Of a stretch of 56,690 nucleotides of DNA, positions 34,301 to 42,500 are shown one piece after another. The notes beneath the pieces are model-generated. The model was not told the DNA's origin. It saw only the letters and a program-made list of their open reading frames with translations, and did not search any database. A program made the position numbers and the translations under genes. Where the stretch lies: contig JAWVZQ010000001.1 in NCBI GenBank assembly GCA_033722095.1, positions 1 to 56,690 on the forward strand. Reading direction: 5' to 3'. The stretch comes from Wenzhouxiangellaceae bacterium (GTDB taxonomy: Bacteria > Pseudomonadota > Gammaproteobacteria > Xanthomonadales > Wenzhouxiangellaceae). How positions within the stretch are numbered: the stretch's first letter is position 1; every line of letters starts with the position of its first letter.

Positions 34301-36754
34301 GATGCCCGAGTCCACGGTCGCGCCGCTCGAACCGGAATTCGGGTCGACGAGACCGAGCAGTCGCCAGCTTCCGGAAGCGGGTTCCGCCTCGACGGGCGCG
34401 TCGATGACATGGACCTGGTAACAGTCCGTCATCTGCGTGTCTTCGCAGGGCTGCGTCGGCCAACCGACTCCGCCCAGGCTGCTGATTCGATCGTCGTCCT
34501 GGAGATCGGCGCCCTGGACGCGCCAGCGGACCTCGATCTCGGCGAAGGGCTGCAACGGGATCAACCGTGCGTCGGCGCCGTCGACGGGCGCGGCCCAGGC
34601 GAAGATCTGCTCGCCGATCGCGTCGAAGGGCTGTCCCCCGACGCGGAAGTCGGGCTGGAAGGCCACGTCGTCGACCTTGGCGTTCGGCGGCGGCACCAGC
34701 GCCACGCCGGCCGTCCAGGATTTCTGCTCGAAGAACAGGCCGTCGACGCTGAGGCTGGCCACGAAGGCGTCGGTGCCGCCCAGCGCCGAGATCGAGGTGT
34801 TCTCGCCGAAGATGGCCACGTCGCTGAACGCGCCGGACACGTAGACGTTGGCCACGCCGTCGGTCGCGATCGCGGCGCCGGAATCGGCCCCGAAACCACC
34901 GCTGAACGCGGGAATGCCGTCGGTCTCGTCGAACTGTCCGCCACCCGTCGCCCAGCGCCCGTTGAGATCCCGGTCCCAGGACGCGATGAACACGTCGGTG
35001 CCGCCGGCCGCGGTCAGCGGCTCTCCGGCGACGGTCAGCGAGCCGGAAAACTCGCCGGTCACGTAGACGTTGTCGGAACCATCGACGGCCACGCCGCGGG
35101 CCACGCCGCCGCCGGGTCCGGCCGCTGCCATACAGCTCGCCGGTTCGCCGAGAGCGAGCCGTGCCACGTAGGCGCCCGCGGGTACGGCCGGACAGGGCGA
35201 GAAGGTCAGGGACTGCTGCGCCTCGCCGGCGATGAACATCGAGTTGCCGTCCGAACTCAGGGCGACGTCGTTGATGTCGAGGTTGCGCGGCAGCTGGGTC
35301 TGGGCGCGGATCAACGGAGCATCGGAGGTCAGGTTGCTGGCGCTGAAGACCATCGGGACCGACCGGCCCGTGCGCTCGATCGAGACATTGTCGAAGTGCC
35401 ACCAGTCGTAGAAGATCGGGAACGTCGTGTTGAAGATCGTACGCTTGCCCGTCCCGTCGAAGCCCCGGCCGGCGAAGCGGAGCCGGAACCCGGAATGGAA
35501 CGCACGCTGGTCGGTGATCGTGATCGCCGAAGCGTCCCTCAGGTCGAAATACTCGCCCTGTGCACCGCCGCCGGAGAACGTGTAGGCCGTGCGCCAGAAC
35601 CCGTCGGATCCCAGCCACTGGATGTGCGTGTCGTCGCCGGAGTCGGGGTACTCCGAATAGATACCGAACATGTTGACCACGAAGAGGCCGAAGTCGACTC
35701 GCTCGTTGAACCCGCGCAGGGCCTCCAGGGACACGCGGATGCGCTGCGCGCTGCTCGTGTCGATGACCGGCGACGTGACGTCGACGTTGCGGCCGCGCAG
35801 CGCCAGGGCGTTGTTGCCCGTGAAGAAGCTGTAGTTGTAACTGGCCGAACCACCGTCGAAGGTGAAACTCACGTTCGACGAGGTATCCGTGACCGTGCCG
35901 TAGGCACTGTTGGAAGTCGTCCACGGCGAAAGCGAGTCGAAGTTCTCGCTCAGGACGACTCCGGTGCCGCCCTCGGCGAACTCGCCGACGATCCAGGCCT
36001 TGCCGTTGTGGATGCGGATCTGTTCGCCGGATTCGATGCCCGTGGCGCCTGCGCCCCGGTCGACGGCCCACAGCGCGTCGCCGGCGGACGAGTACCGGGC
36101 GATGAACAGATCGCGGCCATCGGGGCAGTTGCCGTTGTTCAGGTTCGGCACGGGATCGGTGCCCGAGTCCTGGAAGCTGGCCTCGCACTGGTAGCTGCCG
36201 ACGGCCACGACGGAGTCGGGAATCGGAGGAATCTGCGAGCCGTCGCCGGGCAGCGTGTCCAGCGATGTGGTGCGGTCGACGAGTGCCCCGCCCATGCGCC
36301 GTGCCCAGCGCCACTGGCCGACGGCGTCGATGCGTGCGATATAGCCGTCGACCTGGCCGGCCGAGACCACGTCGCTGCCGCCGAAGGTCGCGATGTCCTG
36401 GAAGTCGCCGGCCAGGAAGACGTTGTCGCCGTCGTCGAGCGCCAGGTCGTGGACGCTGTCGTCGAACTGGCCACCGCCGCTGGCCACCCAGAGCAGCTCA
36501 CCGGTCGCGGAGATGCGGGCCACGAAGACGTCGCGCTGGCCGTTGCTCTGCAGCGTGCCGACCGGCGTCTCGATGGTCCCCCGGAAGTGGCCGGTGACGA
36601 AGACGTCGCCGGTCACGGAGGTCTCCGAGGCGACGACCGTGTCGTCGTTCTGGCTGCCGAAGCCGAGCGGCCACTCGGCGCGCGCTTCGTCGACCGCGCC
36701 CAGTGCGAGCGAGAGACCGGCGGCGATCAGGACCTTTCTGGAATTCGTCGACAT
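28382..36754 (-). CDS. 2790-aa secreted protein: N-terminal beta-propeller repeats, central unknown region, C-terminal helical region resembling Tc-toxin A subunit channel and C-terminal domain
   Basis: Signal peptide MSTNSRKVLIAAGLSLALGAVDEARA; V.V.G.F.G.......G..D.F.A....G...W repeats; long heptad-like helices around the hairpin VPKSLIAGLAAGG. The CDS itself is certain; the TcA likeness is by eye. Confidence 0.75.
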   Translation of the reverse strand: MSTNSRKVLIAAGLSLALGAVDEARAEWPLGFGSQNDDTVVASETSVTGDVFVTGHFRGTIETPVGTLQSNGQRDVFVARISATGELLWVASGGGQFDDSVHDLALDDGDNVFLAGDFQDIATFGGSDVVSAGQVDGYIARIDAVGQWRWARRMGGALVDRTTSLDTLPGDGSQIPPIPDSVVAVGSYQCEASFQDSGTDPVPNLNNGNCPDGRDLFIARYSSAGDALWAVDRGAGATGIESGEQIRIHNGKAWIVGEFAEGGTGVVLSENFDSLSPWTTSNSAYGTVTDTSSNVSFTFDGGSASYNYSFFTGNNALALRGRNVDVTSPVIDTSSAQRIRVSLEALRGFNERVDFGLFVVNMFGIYSEYPDSGDDTHIQWLGSDGFWRTAYTFSGGGAQGEYFDLRDASAITITDQRAFHSGFRLRFAGRGFDGTGKRTIFNTTFPIFYDWWHFDNVSIERTGRSVPMVFSASNLTSDAPLIRAQTQLPRNLDINDVALSSDGNSMFIAGEAQQSLTFSPCPAVPAGAYVARLALGEPASCMAAAGPGGGVARGVAVDGSDNVYVTGEFSGSLTVAGEPLTAAGGTDVFIASWDRDLNGRWATGGGQFDETDGIPAFSGGFGADSGAAIATDGVANVYVSGAFSDVAIFGENTSISALGGTDAFVASLSVDGLFFEQKSWTAGVALVPPPNAKVDDVAFQPDFRVGGQPFDAIGEQIFAWAAPVDGADARLIPLQPFAEIEVRWRVQGADLQDDDRISSLGGVGWPTQPCEDTQMTDCYQVHVIDAPVEAEPASGSWRLLGLVDPNSGSSGATVDSGIFTAPRSGTATLIYVNGPEPDPLQYRTEVEIVRTLPATSTPLFTDDVAVEIGQKITDPHHDELGRTGFVANELAYYDGAGPDAAYSRSARTGAIIPVNRINPGRSQDQGRELVVAWYHAKSKGVYWPEKGVRYAPFWPLDPDRIIIASEQGGEVLGQEPLDPLVYPSARIYTQNDRNLPGYNPNDEHALMAPSSTGTPFEAVFALRSDFGAALAGDAGAASDPYVLIKYFDENVLEWKFRVFSVEATGGGFTDFRFSGTAGTTVAPPYPVSLLPGCAQTFVVGQAVGEQPPPPFFQDYKNQLWAKSAGSGDVRYYYPAQPGWQVDLDNNDVNDIVSGTCVPWLARLPEAEGGSGSTMDPIIVSYDITWPSDVPLLVNGETLLTPKRGLPDIFNQAAVEVVFDEIQDTQDDPLPSDTLAQLIDPLNPRSVALAQIPGTVASVLQTDGTEAILGSADGTIKLPASVRQRLAYDPLNQRLILTGVFDESGIGEPFLLLNVLSKNDRVALKKLNDGDGSNANAFTGTCQTVADGCDWDQAVEALFRQSRNPQGINRICESSSIGENRIRTCDASRPVTIDDVLIGVQDRNDDGILEPFQAVGVRPALTAGLSQGNGFMTIAFNNDPSLNPLPVSLQVIRIDCLVAPPPPDDPVLVKTYQGQIQVIEPDNIFDEQLVLRHSGDFGGNPDALEFQWFFHPDVDGNPPLPLPDPSTGQLNGWIQFPTPSPQGAVEISIEGANIQTLSDNWYVARYRGLPACGNGTDWSLFAGDPTATPADPSPQLAEGWVKRVIKRLNPFEARVQDFAQAATNNYASMLVQLGERFEGPVPLTNDPDVINQLGLIEAYSTVMKRALELSVRGTPPIDYGPANNAILLVASRIVDFYTLLGNEAFADAQDPTIGITTSGGDFSLAPTIFNFQNQMATVLEEELTLLRGRDRTLGGVAGAPVYNRLFWNFTTGDGEVAYQQSYNISDQNFDGVIDEFDARILYPQGHGDAWGHYLTAVDIYYNLLNEEFYSWNPRIESILVAGAPINVDFLDERQFAETAAAKARTGAEIVDLTYRNEYVADPNGQFQGYEDTDEDRAWGLSEWGARAGMGAYFDWVTVNAILPSEDPDPTHVGIERVERGTVTELEEISAQYTAIQEQVDEADAGLNPLGLADNVVIFDMDPSQLDRFNKTNTEQVLDRAESALNNAVQVWDFANQLSNQMRRNQNEVEDLQRASRAQETDFANQLIEIFGTPYSDDIGPAGTYPAGYDGADLYNYMLIDVPTLAGTAFDFDGGLDLAGGEAAFKVNSFDGQYKPTANGINFFDWTPIAQGEDHTGDNGQSCSSEPFSAGCALGDLTTEDGTGDNLLNVTYTTIESPDLGFWFTKPMSWTGQRRAPGQLQQLLQSMLQARIALRKSLVQYDRLRQEIEAKIDELEATFQTAEDNLNVTIQQRNELRDLTVATQVMKNSAIVARRAAEIIDTTFEDTVECVPKSLIAGLAAGGDIASTARCAVKTGGSVAKAVIDSVADGLDIGANITDAAKEDVAQTSGIRTAINDAELNLFNVKGEIDEMLREEPILRAEVFAKAEAIKQHVNDYKATLARGLRTMERLKSFRKNGAAAVQEYRYQDMAFRIFRNDALQKYRAAFDLASRYAYLAAAAYDYDTNLLGTDDQAGQAFLTDIVRERSLGQVIGGLPQPGSPGLASKLAQLRLNFDVLKGQMGFNNPQVETNRFSLREELFRIPPGPEGDAEWRAKLEEMRVDDLWNYGNFRRFARPFAPESAGPQPGLVIEFPTNVTFGLNFFGWELGPGDSSYDSSQFSTRVRSVGSWFGNYANLPLADDPRIYLIPVGNDVLRTPDAFDFRTREWQVVEQVMPVPFPLNSEDLERFDWFPAGDTLSGTLSEIRRYGRFRAFHLTEPFDDTQVTADSRLIGRSVWNTKWVMIIPGGTFLNDPNDGLDTFIHGELLPDGSSRDGQGVDDILIFFKTYAYSGL

Positions 36755-36765
36755 GGTTTCAGCCC

Positions 36766-38502
36766 CTACTGGTTCAACACCGGCACGTTCGAGACGCGCC
36801 GCATGCGAAACGATCCGGAAACGAAGATGGTGTTCTTGTGGAGCCCGGTCAGCGACTCCTCGAAGACGCCGCCGAGCAGCGTGCTGCCCCAGCCCGGCGG
36901 GTCGAGTTCCAGGGGATCGTCGACGGCGAAATCGAAACGCATCTCGCGGATGACCTGGAAGGCTTCCTGCTGGAAATTCAGGAACTGGGCATCCTTGTTG
37001 TCGTGATCCGGGTGGAACTTGTGGCGGAACGGATTGGTCGGGAATTCCGGCTCGAGCACGAGCGTGACCGTGGACTGGTTGCCGGGCCCGAACGCCCCGT
37101 CCATCTCCACGTATTCACCCGGAAAATCGTAGGCGACGGTGCTGAAACGGCGGCCCACCGACTGTCCGTCACGATTGACGGCCCCGGAATAGAGCGGAAT
37201 CAGCTGCTTGTTGGTCAGCAGCACGAAGCGGCCCGGCGTTTCGACTTCCATGAACTCCGGGTCCTCGTCGCTGGGGGCGAGGGTGCCCTCTTCCCACATC
37301 AGGATGACGTCGCGGATCAGGCGCGCCTGACCGCCCGAGTCCACGTGGATCAGGAAGCGCTGCTCGAACGGCGTCCCGACGGGCGTGGGCTGGGTCCCGG
37401 CCTGCTGCGCCTCGCTGACGGCCTCGATCTGGACGATGCCGCTCCACAGGCCGGCCAGCGCCGGGGAGGTACCGCCGGTACTACCGGCCCGCGTCGGCGG
37501 GACGAAGGGCTGCAGCGTGTCGGCACCGGCGTAGAGCAGGATGCGGCCGCCGTGCTCGTCGGTGATCGCGAACATCTGCTCCATCCGATCCGCGGTCATC
37601 TCGGTGCGACGCACGCCGAGGCTGAGGAAGACCTCGGAGTTGGCCTCGACCGGCTGCACGAGCGTGTTCTGCAGGGCCGGCCAGGCCTTCTCACCGGTTT
37701 CCGGGTCCTCGATGAGGAAGCGCAGCGGCAGCGTCTGGCCTTCGAGCCGCTCGATGAGGAAGCTCCCGGCGACATCGGCGCGGTTGCGCAGCACGATCTG
37801 GAGGTCGTCGGCGGCGCGCGCGTACTCCAGCGATTCGCCCTGGTCCAGGACCAGCTGCATGGCGCCCTGGTAACTGGAATTGCCGCGCGTGTAGATCCAG
37901 TAGGCCCGATCGGAATCGATGGTCGTCGTGGCCGGTGCGACGAGCGTCCAGCGTCCGTCGGCACCCAGTTCGTAGAACGGCTGGCCCTGGTGGGCGGCCG
38001 AGTATTCGAAGAACTCCGCGAAGGTCGGCGGCATGTCGGGCGAAACGGGCAGGCCCGTCAGCGCGAATCCGTCGGTGCGCCACTGCGGCGGCCTGAATTC
38101 CGGACGACCGTTGATGGTGATCTGGTGTGTGGCCGTCCCTTCCATCTCCACGAGGTAGGAAGTGTTGGCCGAGATCTTGTAGAGGTTCGAGAGGAAGGCT
38201 TCCGGTCGCGGCTCGGGGAACCAGCCGAACCAGCCCTCGAGGTTCTGCAGCCCCTCGGCGGGATCGGCGATGAACTCGGCGCCCCGGTCATCGGGGATGT
38301 ATCGCCAGACGCTGCGAACCGGCAGACCGGCGAACACCGTCTCGATGTCCGAGATCTCGGGTTCCAGGCGGACGTGGATCGCGTTCCAGCCCGGCGACAG
38401 TTCGATCGTCTGTTCCAGCAACTGGGCCGACGCCTGGCGCGGCAGGATCAGCAGCAGGCCCGCCAGGACGGCCAGTGCGGCGATCGATGCGGTTCGAGTC
38501 AT
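36766..38502 (-). CDS. Secreted hypothetical protein (LSPGWNAI N-terminal motif; NPFRHKFHPDHDN C-terminal motif)
   Basis: 578 aa, signal peptide ending ASA-Q; start overlaps the upstream PPIase stop (ATGA). Confidence 0.82.
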   Translation of the reverse strand: MTRTASIAALAVLAGLLLILPRQASAQLLEQTIELSPGWNAIHVRLEPEISDIETVFAGLPVRSVWRYIPDDRGAEFIADPAEGLQNLEGWFGWFPEPRPEAFLSNLYKISANTSYLVEMEGTATHQITINGRPEFRPPQWRTDGFALTGLPVSPDMPPTFAEFFEYSAAHQGQPFYELGADGRWTLVAPATTTIDSDRAYWIYTRGNSSYQGAMQLVLDQGESLEYARAADDLQIVLRNRADVAGSFLIERLEGQTLPLRFLIEDPETGEKAWPALQNTLVQPVEANSEVFLSLGVRRTEMTADRMEQMFAITDEHGGRILLYAGADTLQPFVPPTRAGSTGGTSPALAGLWSGIVQIEAVSEAQQAGTQPTPVGTPFEQRFLIHVDSGGQARLIRDVILMWEEGTLAPSDEDPEFMEVETPGRFVLLTNKQLIPLYSGAVNRDGQSVGRRFSTVAYDFPGEYVEMDGAFGPGNQSTVTLVLEPEFPTNPFRHKFHPDHDNKDAQFLNFQQEAFQVIREMRFDFAVDDPLELDPPGWGSTLLGGVFEESLTGLHKNTIFVSGSFRMRRVSNVPVLNQ

Positions 38503-39509
38503 GATTCGTCCTCTGTTCTCGTCGGCCCGCGCGGCGGCCCGGTACGTTCGGAACGCGGCGGCGAAAGCGGGTCGATGTCCCGCAACGCCTCCTCGTTGAT
38601 CTCGGTTTCGGCCTCGGCCAGCCGGGCATCGAGGAATTCGGTTTCCACGCGGCGCAGGCGCTCGGCCAGGAGCCGCTGACGGATTCCGGCCGAGAGCTCC
38701 TCCAGCGACCGCTCGCGACGCGGTTCGTCCTCGACGAGCCTGACCAGGTACACGCCGTCATCGGCGCGCAGCGGGCCGGCGATCTCGCCCGGCGAATCCA
38801 GTTCCTCGGCCGCCTCCGAAACGGTCGGATTGAAGCGCGGGCGCATGCCGCCCTCGCTGACCCAGCCGATGACGCCGCCGCGATAGCGGCTGCCCTGGTG
38901 ATCGGAATGCTGGCGGGCCAGGTCACCGAAGTGCGGAACCGGCAGGTCGAGTTGCTCGACCGAGTCCAGCACTTCGGCGGCCTGCGCCATGGCGTTGTCC
39001 CAGCGCTCGTCGGCCGCCCCTTCGGGCACCTCGAACTGGATGATGGCCAGGCGCTTCCGCTCGGGCACGACGTAGTCGCCGGCATGCTCTTCGTAGTAGC
39101 GCTGGACATCCTCGTCGGAAATCCGGATTCCGTCGCGCAGCGGTTGCAGGCGATCCTGCCGGTAGCGGTTGATCAGCACCGCGTCCATGGCCCTGCGGAC
39201 CTCGGGCTCCTCGTCGTAGCCTTCGCGCCGTGCCGAGTCGGCCAGCGAGGCGCGCACGATCATCTCGTTGAGCAGCAGGCGCTTCTGATCGAGGCTGCGG
39301 TAGGTGCCGGCCTGGCGGCCGCCCCGGCGCTCCATCTCGTCGATGAAGTCGGCCGGACGGATCACCTGGTCGCCCACCCGGGCCAGCCACGGTCCGTCCG
39401 ACGGACGTTCGGCGCCATCCGGCCAGGCGCGGCCGAGCACCACGCCGAGAACGAGGCCGATGGCCAGCACCACGATCCCGCGGAGCACGGTGGGTCCGCC
39501 GTCGCTCAT
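38499..39509 (-). CDS. Membrane-anchored parvulin/PpiC-type peptidyl-prolyl isomerase (SurA/PrsA-like foldase)
   Basis: N-terminal TM, LARVGDQVI, ISDEDVQRYYEEH, FGDLARQHSDHQGSRYRGGVIGW, G...GP.....G.YLVRL. Confidence 0.88.
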   Translation of the reverse strand: MSDGGPTVLRGIVVLAIGLVLGVVLGRAWPDGAERPSDGPWLARVGDQVIRPADFIDEMERRGGRQAGTYRSLDQKRLLLNEMIVRASLADSARREGYDEEPEVRRAMDAVLINRYRQDRLQPLRDGIRISDEDVQRYYEEHAGDYVVPERKRLAIIQFEVPEGAADERWDNAMAQAAEVLDSVEQLDLPVPHFGDLARQHSDHQGSRYRGGVIGWVSEGGMRPRFNPTVSEAAEELDSPGEIAGPLRADDGVYLVRLVEDEPRRERSLEELSAGIRQRLLAERLRRVETEFLDARLAEAETEINEEALRDIDPLSPPRSERTGPPRGPTRTEDES

Positions 39510-42500
39510 CGATCACCCCCGCCTGCTGCAGATGCGGCGTCGCAGCCGGCGATGCCGAACGACGAGCCGCGCGTCGTGCTGCCGGGTTCGCGCATGCGCA
39601 GACCGGCCGGCGACGACCTCAGGCTGGAAGCCGGCATCCACTCCAGGCGCTCGCCGTCGGTCAGCAAGGGGCGTGCGTCGTCGATGCGCACCGTCGCGCC
39701 ACGGCTCGGGTCGACCGGCCCCAGCCAACCACTGGTCAGCGCGGATCGCGAAGACAGCGTCACCATCCGGGTCCACCAATGATCGTCGTGGCGGCGAAGG
39801 TCGAGCCAGAACAGTGCCTCGCCCCCGGCGTCGAAGCCCTCGAGGCGGCGCGGACCGGCGTCGCCGGCGGGCCGCACCGTGATCTCGGTGCATCGTTGCA
39901 CGATCTCGAAGGAACTCTCGTGGGCGCGGACCGGCGACTCGAAGCCGTCGGAGAACATGACGAGCCGCACGGGGTCATCGTCGACGGCCAGGTTGTTCGC
40001 GGCATTGATGTCGCTGGCCGGATCGGCCGTCTCGGCCAGCGCGCTCATGAGCACCGACTGCGGAACGGACAGGTCCAGCGCCGGATCCACGCGGCCGGTC
40101 AGCGTCCAGGTGGCCGCCGCACCCGAGGGCATCGAGATCGACTCGGCGATCGGGCCGGTCCCGGAACCGGGGCAGCTTGCGCCGTCACTGCCGGCGCACG
40201 TCCATCCCGCGTCCAGCAGCTCCGCGGCGATCGGCAGCGAAACATCGACGAGGCCGGCATCGACCGAGCCGATGTTGCGGACGGTGAGCGCGTACGAGAC
40301 CGGTTCGTCGGGCGACAGCCAGGTCCGCGCGTTGTCGAGCGTGACGTCGATGTCGGCGCCCGTGCGCAGCAGCGTGGTCGTCGAGTCGACGTTGTTCGAC
40401 AGGTCCGGGTCATCGCCGCTGGTCACGACCACGCCGTCGATGACCAGCGTGGCCGGTGCCGCGGGCAGGTCGAAGAGCGTGAGGTTGAAGACCTTGCTCT
40501 GGCCGGGCCCGAGCGGTCCGGTCTGGCATTCGACGATCTCGGGCGCAGCGTTGACGCAGCCCGGCGATTCCGGCGTGATCGGTGCCGAGACATTCAGCGT
40601 CAGCAGCAGCCCATCGGCCGACGACGGGCCGGTGTTGGTCAGCGTCGCCAGGTACGGCATGCCGATCGGGCCGGCCGGATCGAACGGATCGAGCGGGTCC
40701 TCGAGCGCCAGCGCGACGTCGGGGACGACAGAGATCACGTCGCTCGTCGAGGACGTGTTGTTGCCGATGTCCGGATCGATGGCCGGCGTGCGGACGTCGA
40801 CCCTGAGCAGGTTGCCCAGCGTACCGACGGCGTTCGGCGCGAGGTCCGCGGTCACGATCACCTCGACGGCACCGCCGGCCGGGACCGACGCGTCGAATTC
40901 CGGGTCGCCCGTGCCCGACGCCGGGCAGGTGGCGCCGCCGGAACCCGAACAGGTCCAGGTCGCATTGGCGAGCGGACCCGGCAGCATGTCGGACAGGTGC
41001 ACGGTGGGTGCGTCGCTGGGGCCGGCATTGGCGGCCACGAGGCTGTACTGCACGGGCAGGCCGGCGACGACGGGAGAGGTCAGCGTGGTCTTCGTCGCGA
41101 CGAGATCGGGACGCGCCACGACGGTGGTGCTGACGTCGTCGACGAGGTCGCCCGTCGTCGGATCCGTCGAGCCGGGCTCCGGCGTGACGGTCACGACGTT
41201 GGTCATCAGCCCGATGAACGCCGGGTCGATGGTGCCGGAAACCGTGATGTCGAGCTGGCCGCCGACGCGCACCGTCGCGGTCAGCATCGGGGTCCCCGAT
41301 CCCGAAGCCGGGCAGATCGAGTCGGCCGACGCGGAGCAGGTCCACTGGATGTTGCCCAGCGGCACCGGCGGCGTGTCGGTGACGACGATGCCCAGCGCGT
41401 CGCTGGGACCGGCGTTCGTCACGGTGATGTCGTAGGTGATGACCTCGCCGGCCACGGCCTGCGCCGGACCGGTCTTCGTCACGGCCAGGTCGGACACGGC
41501 GATGACGGTGGTGCTGTCGAGTCCCGTGTTGTCCGAGGAATCGGCGTCCATGCCGATCGCCGGCAGGAGCTCGGCCAGGTTGACGAGCACGCCGCGAGCG
41601 GCCGGGTGGACGGTGGCCTCGTAGATGACCTGCCCGTAGCCGCCCGCGCCGACGTCGGTCGCGAACATCACGGCATCGCTGGTCCCCGATTCCACGAGAC
41701 AGCGCGAGAGCGGCAGCGCGCCGAAGCGTGCCAGCGAACCGGCCGCCGGGGAAACCGCGTAGAGCCCGGCCGGATCGTCGAGCACGGCCAGGTCGGTCGG
41801 CATCGGCGCGGTCGAGACCGGCGCGCCGCGGTACTCGAGGCTGCCGTCGATCCAGTCGCGGGCCAGGACGTGCACGATGCCGTCGGCGGTCGAGGCATAG
41901 AGCCGCGAACCCGCAGCGTCGATGGCCAGCGACTCCGGCATCACGATCGGCGCGCCCGACAGCGAGTCGGCGAACGAAAGCAGCCCGCTCGACGGATCGG
42001 CGAGCAGCGTCGTGATGGCGTCGCCGTCGCGGGCGGCCACGTAGAGCTGGTCGTCGCCGGGTGCGGCCACGAGGTCCCAGGCGCCGGCCATGCCGGTCAC
42101 GCCGGGATCTCCGGCCTGCAGGGCCTCGAGATAGGTCAGCGTGCCGTCATCCGGATCGATGGCGAACGCCGCCACGGAATCCGAGACCGGCGCAACCACG
42201 TAGAGGTGCTTGCCGTCGGCAGTGGCGTGCAGGCGGCGCACGCCGCGGATCACGTCGAAGTCCGGCGTGATCGTGCCGAATCCGTCGCGGACCCGCTCGA
42301 CGAAGGTCAGGCGACCGGTCGACGCCTCGCGGGAGAAGACCGTGATCGCATCGCTGGCCGCGGCCGCGACGAACACGAAGCGCTCTTCGGCCGAGAGGAT
42401 GACGTCCTGCGGGCCCTGCAGGCCGCTGACGCCGTTCTGGCCCGACTGGAGCTGCTGCTCGAAGCGCCACGTCCCTTCCGCGTCGCGCGTCAGCACCACG

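Noticed and set aside
29582-37006. 2474-aa + strand ORF
   Set aside because: Antisense shadow of the 2790-aa gene caused by high GC3 codon bias; V/G/R/H-rich with no motifs.
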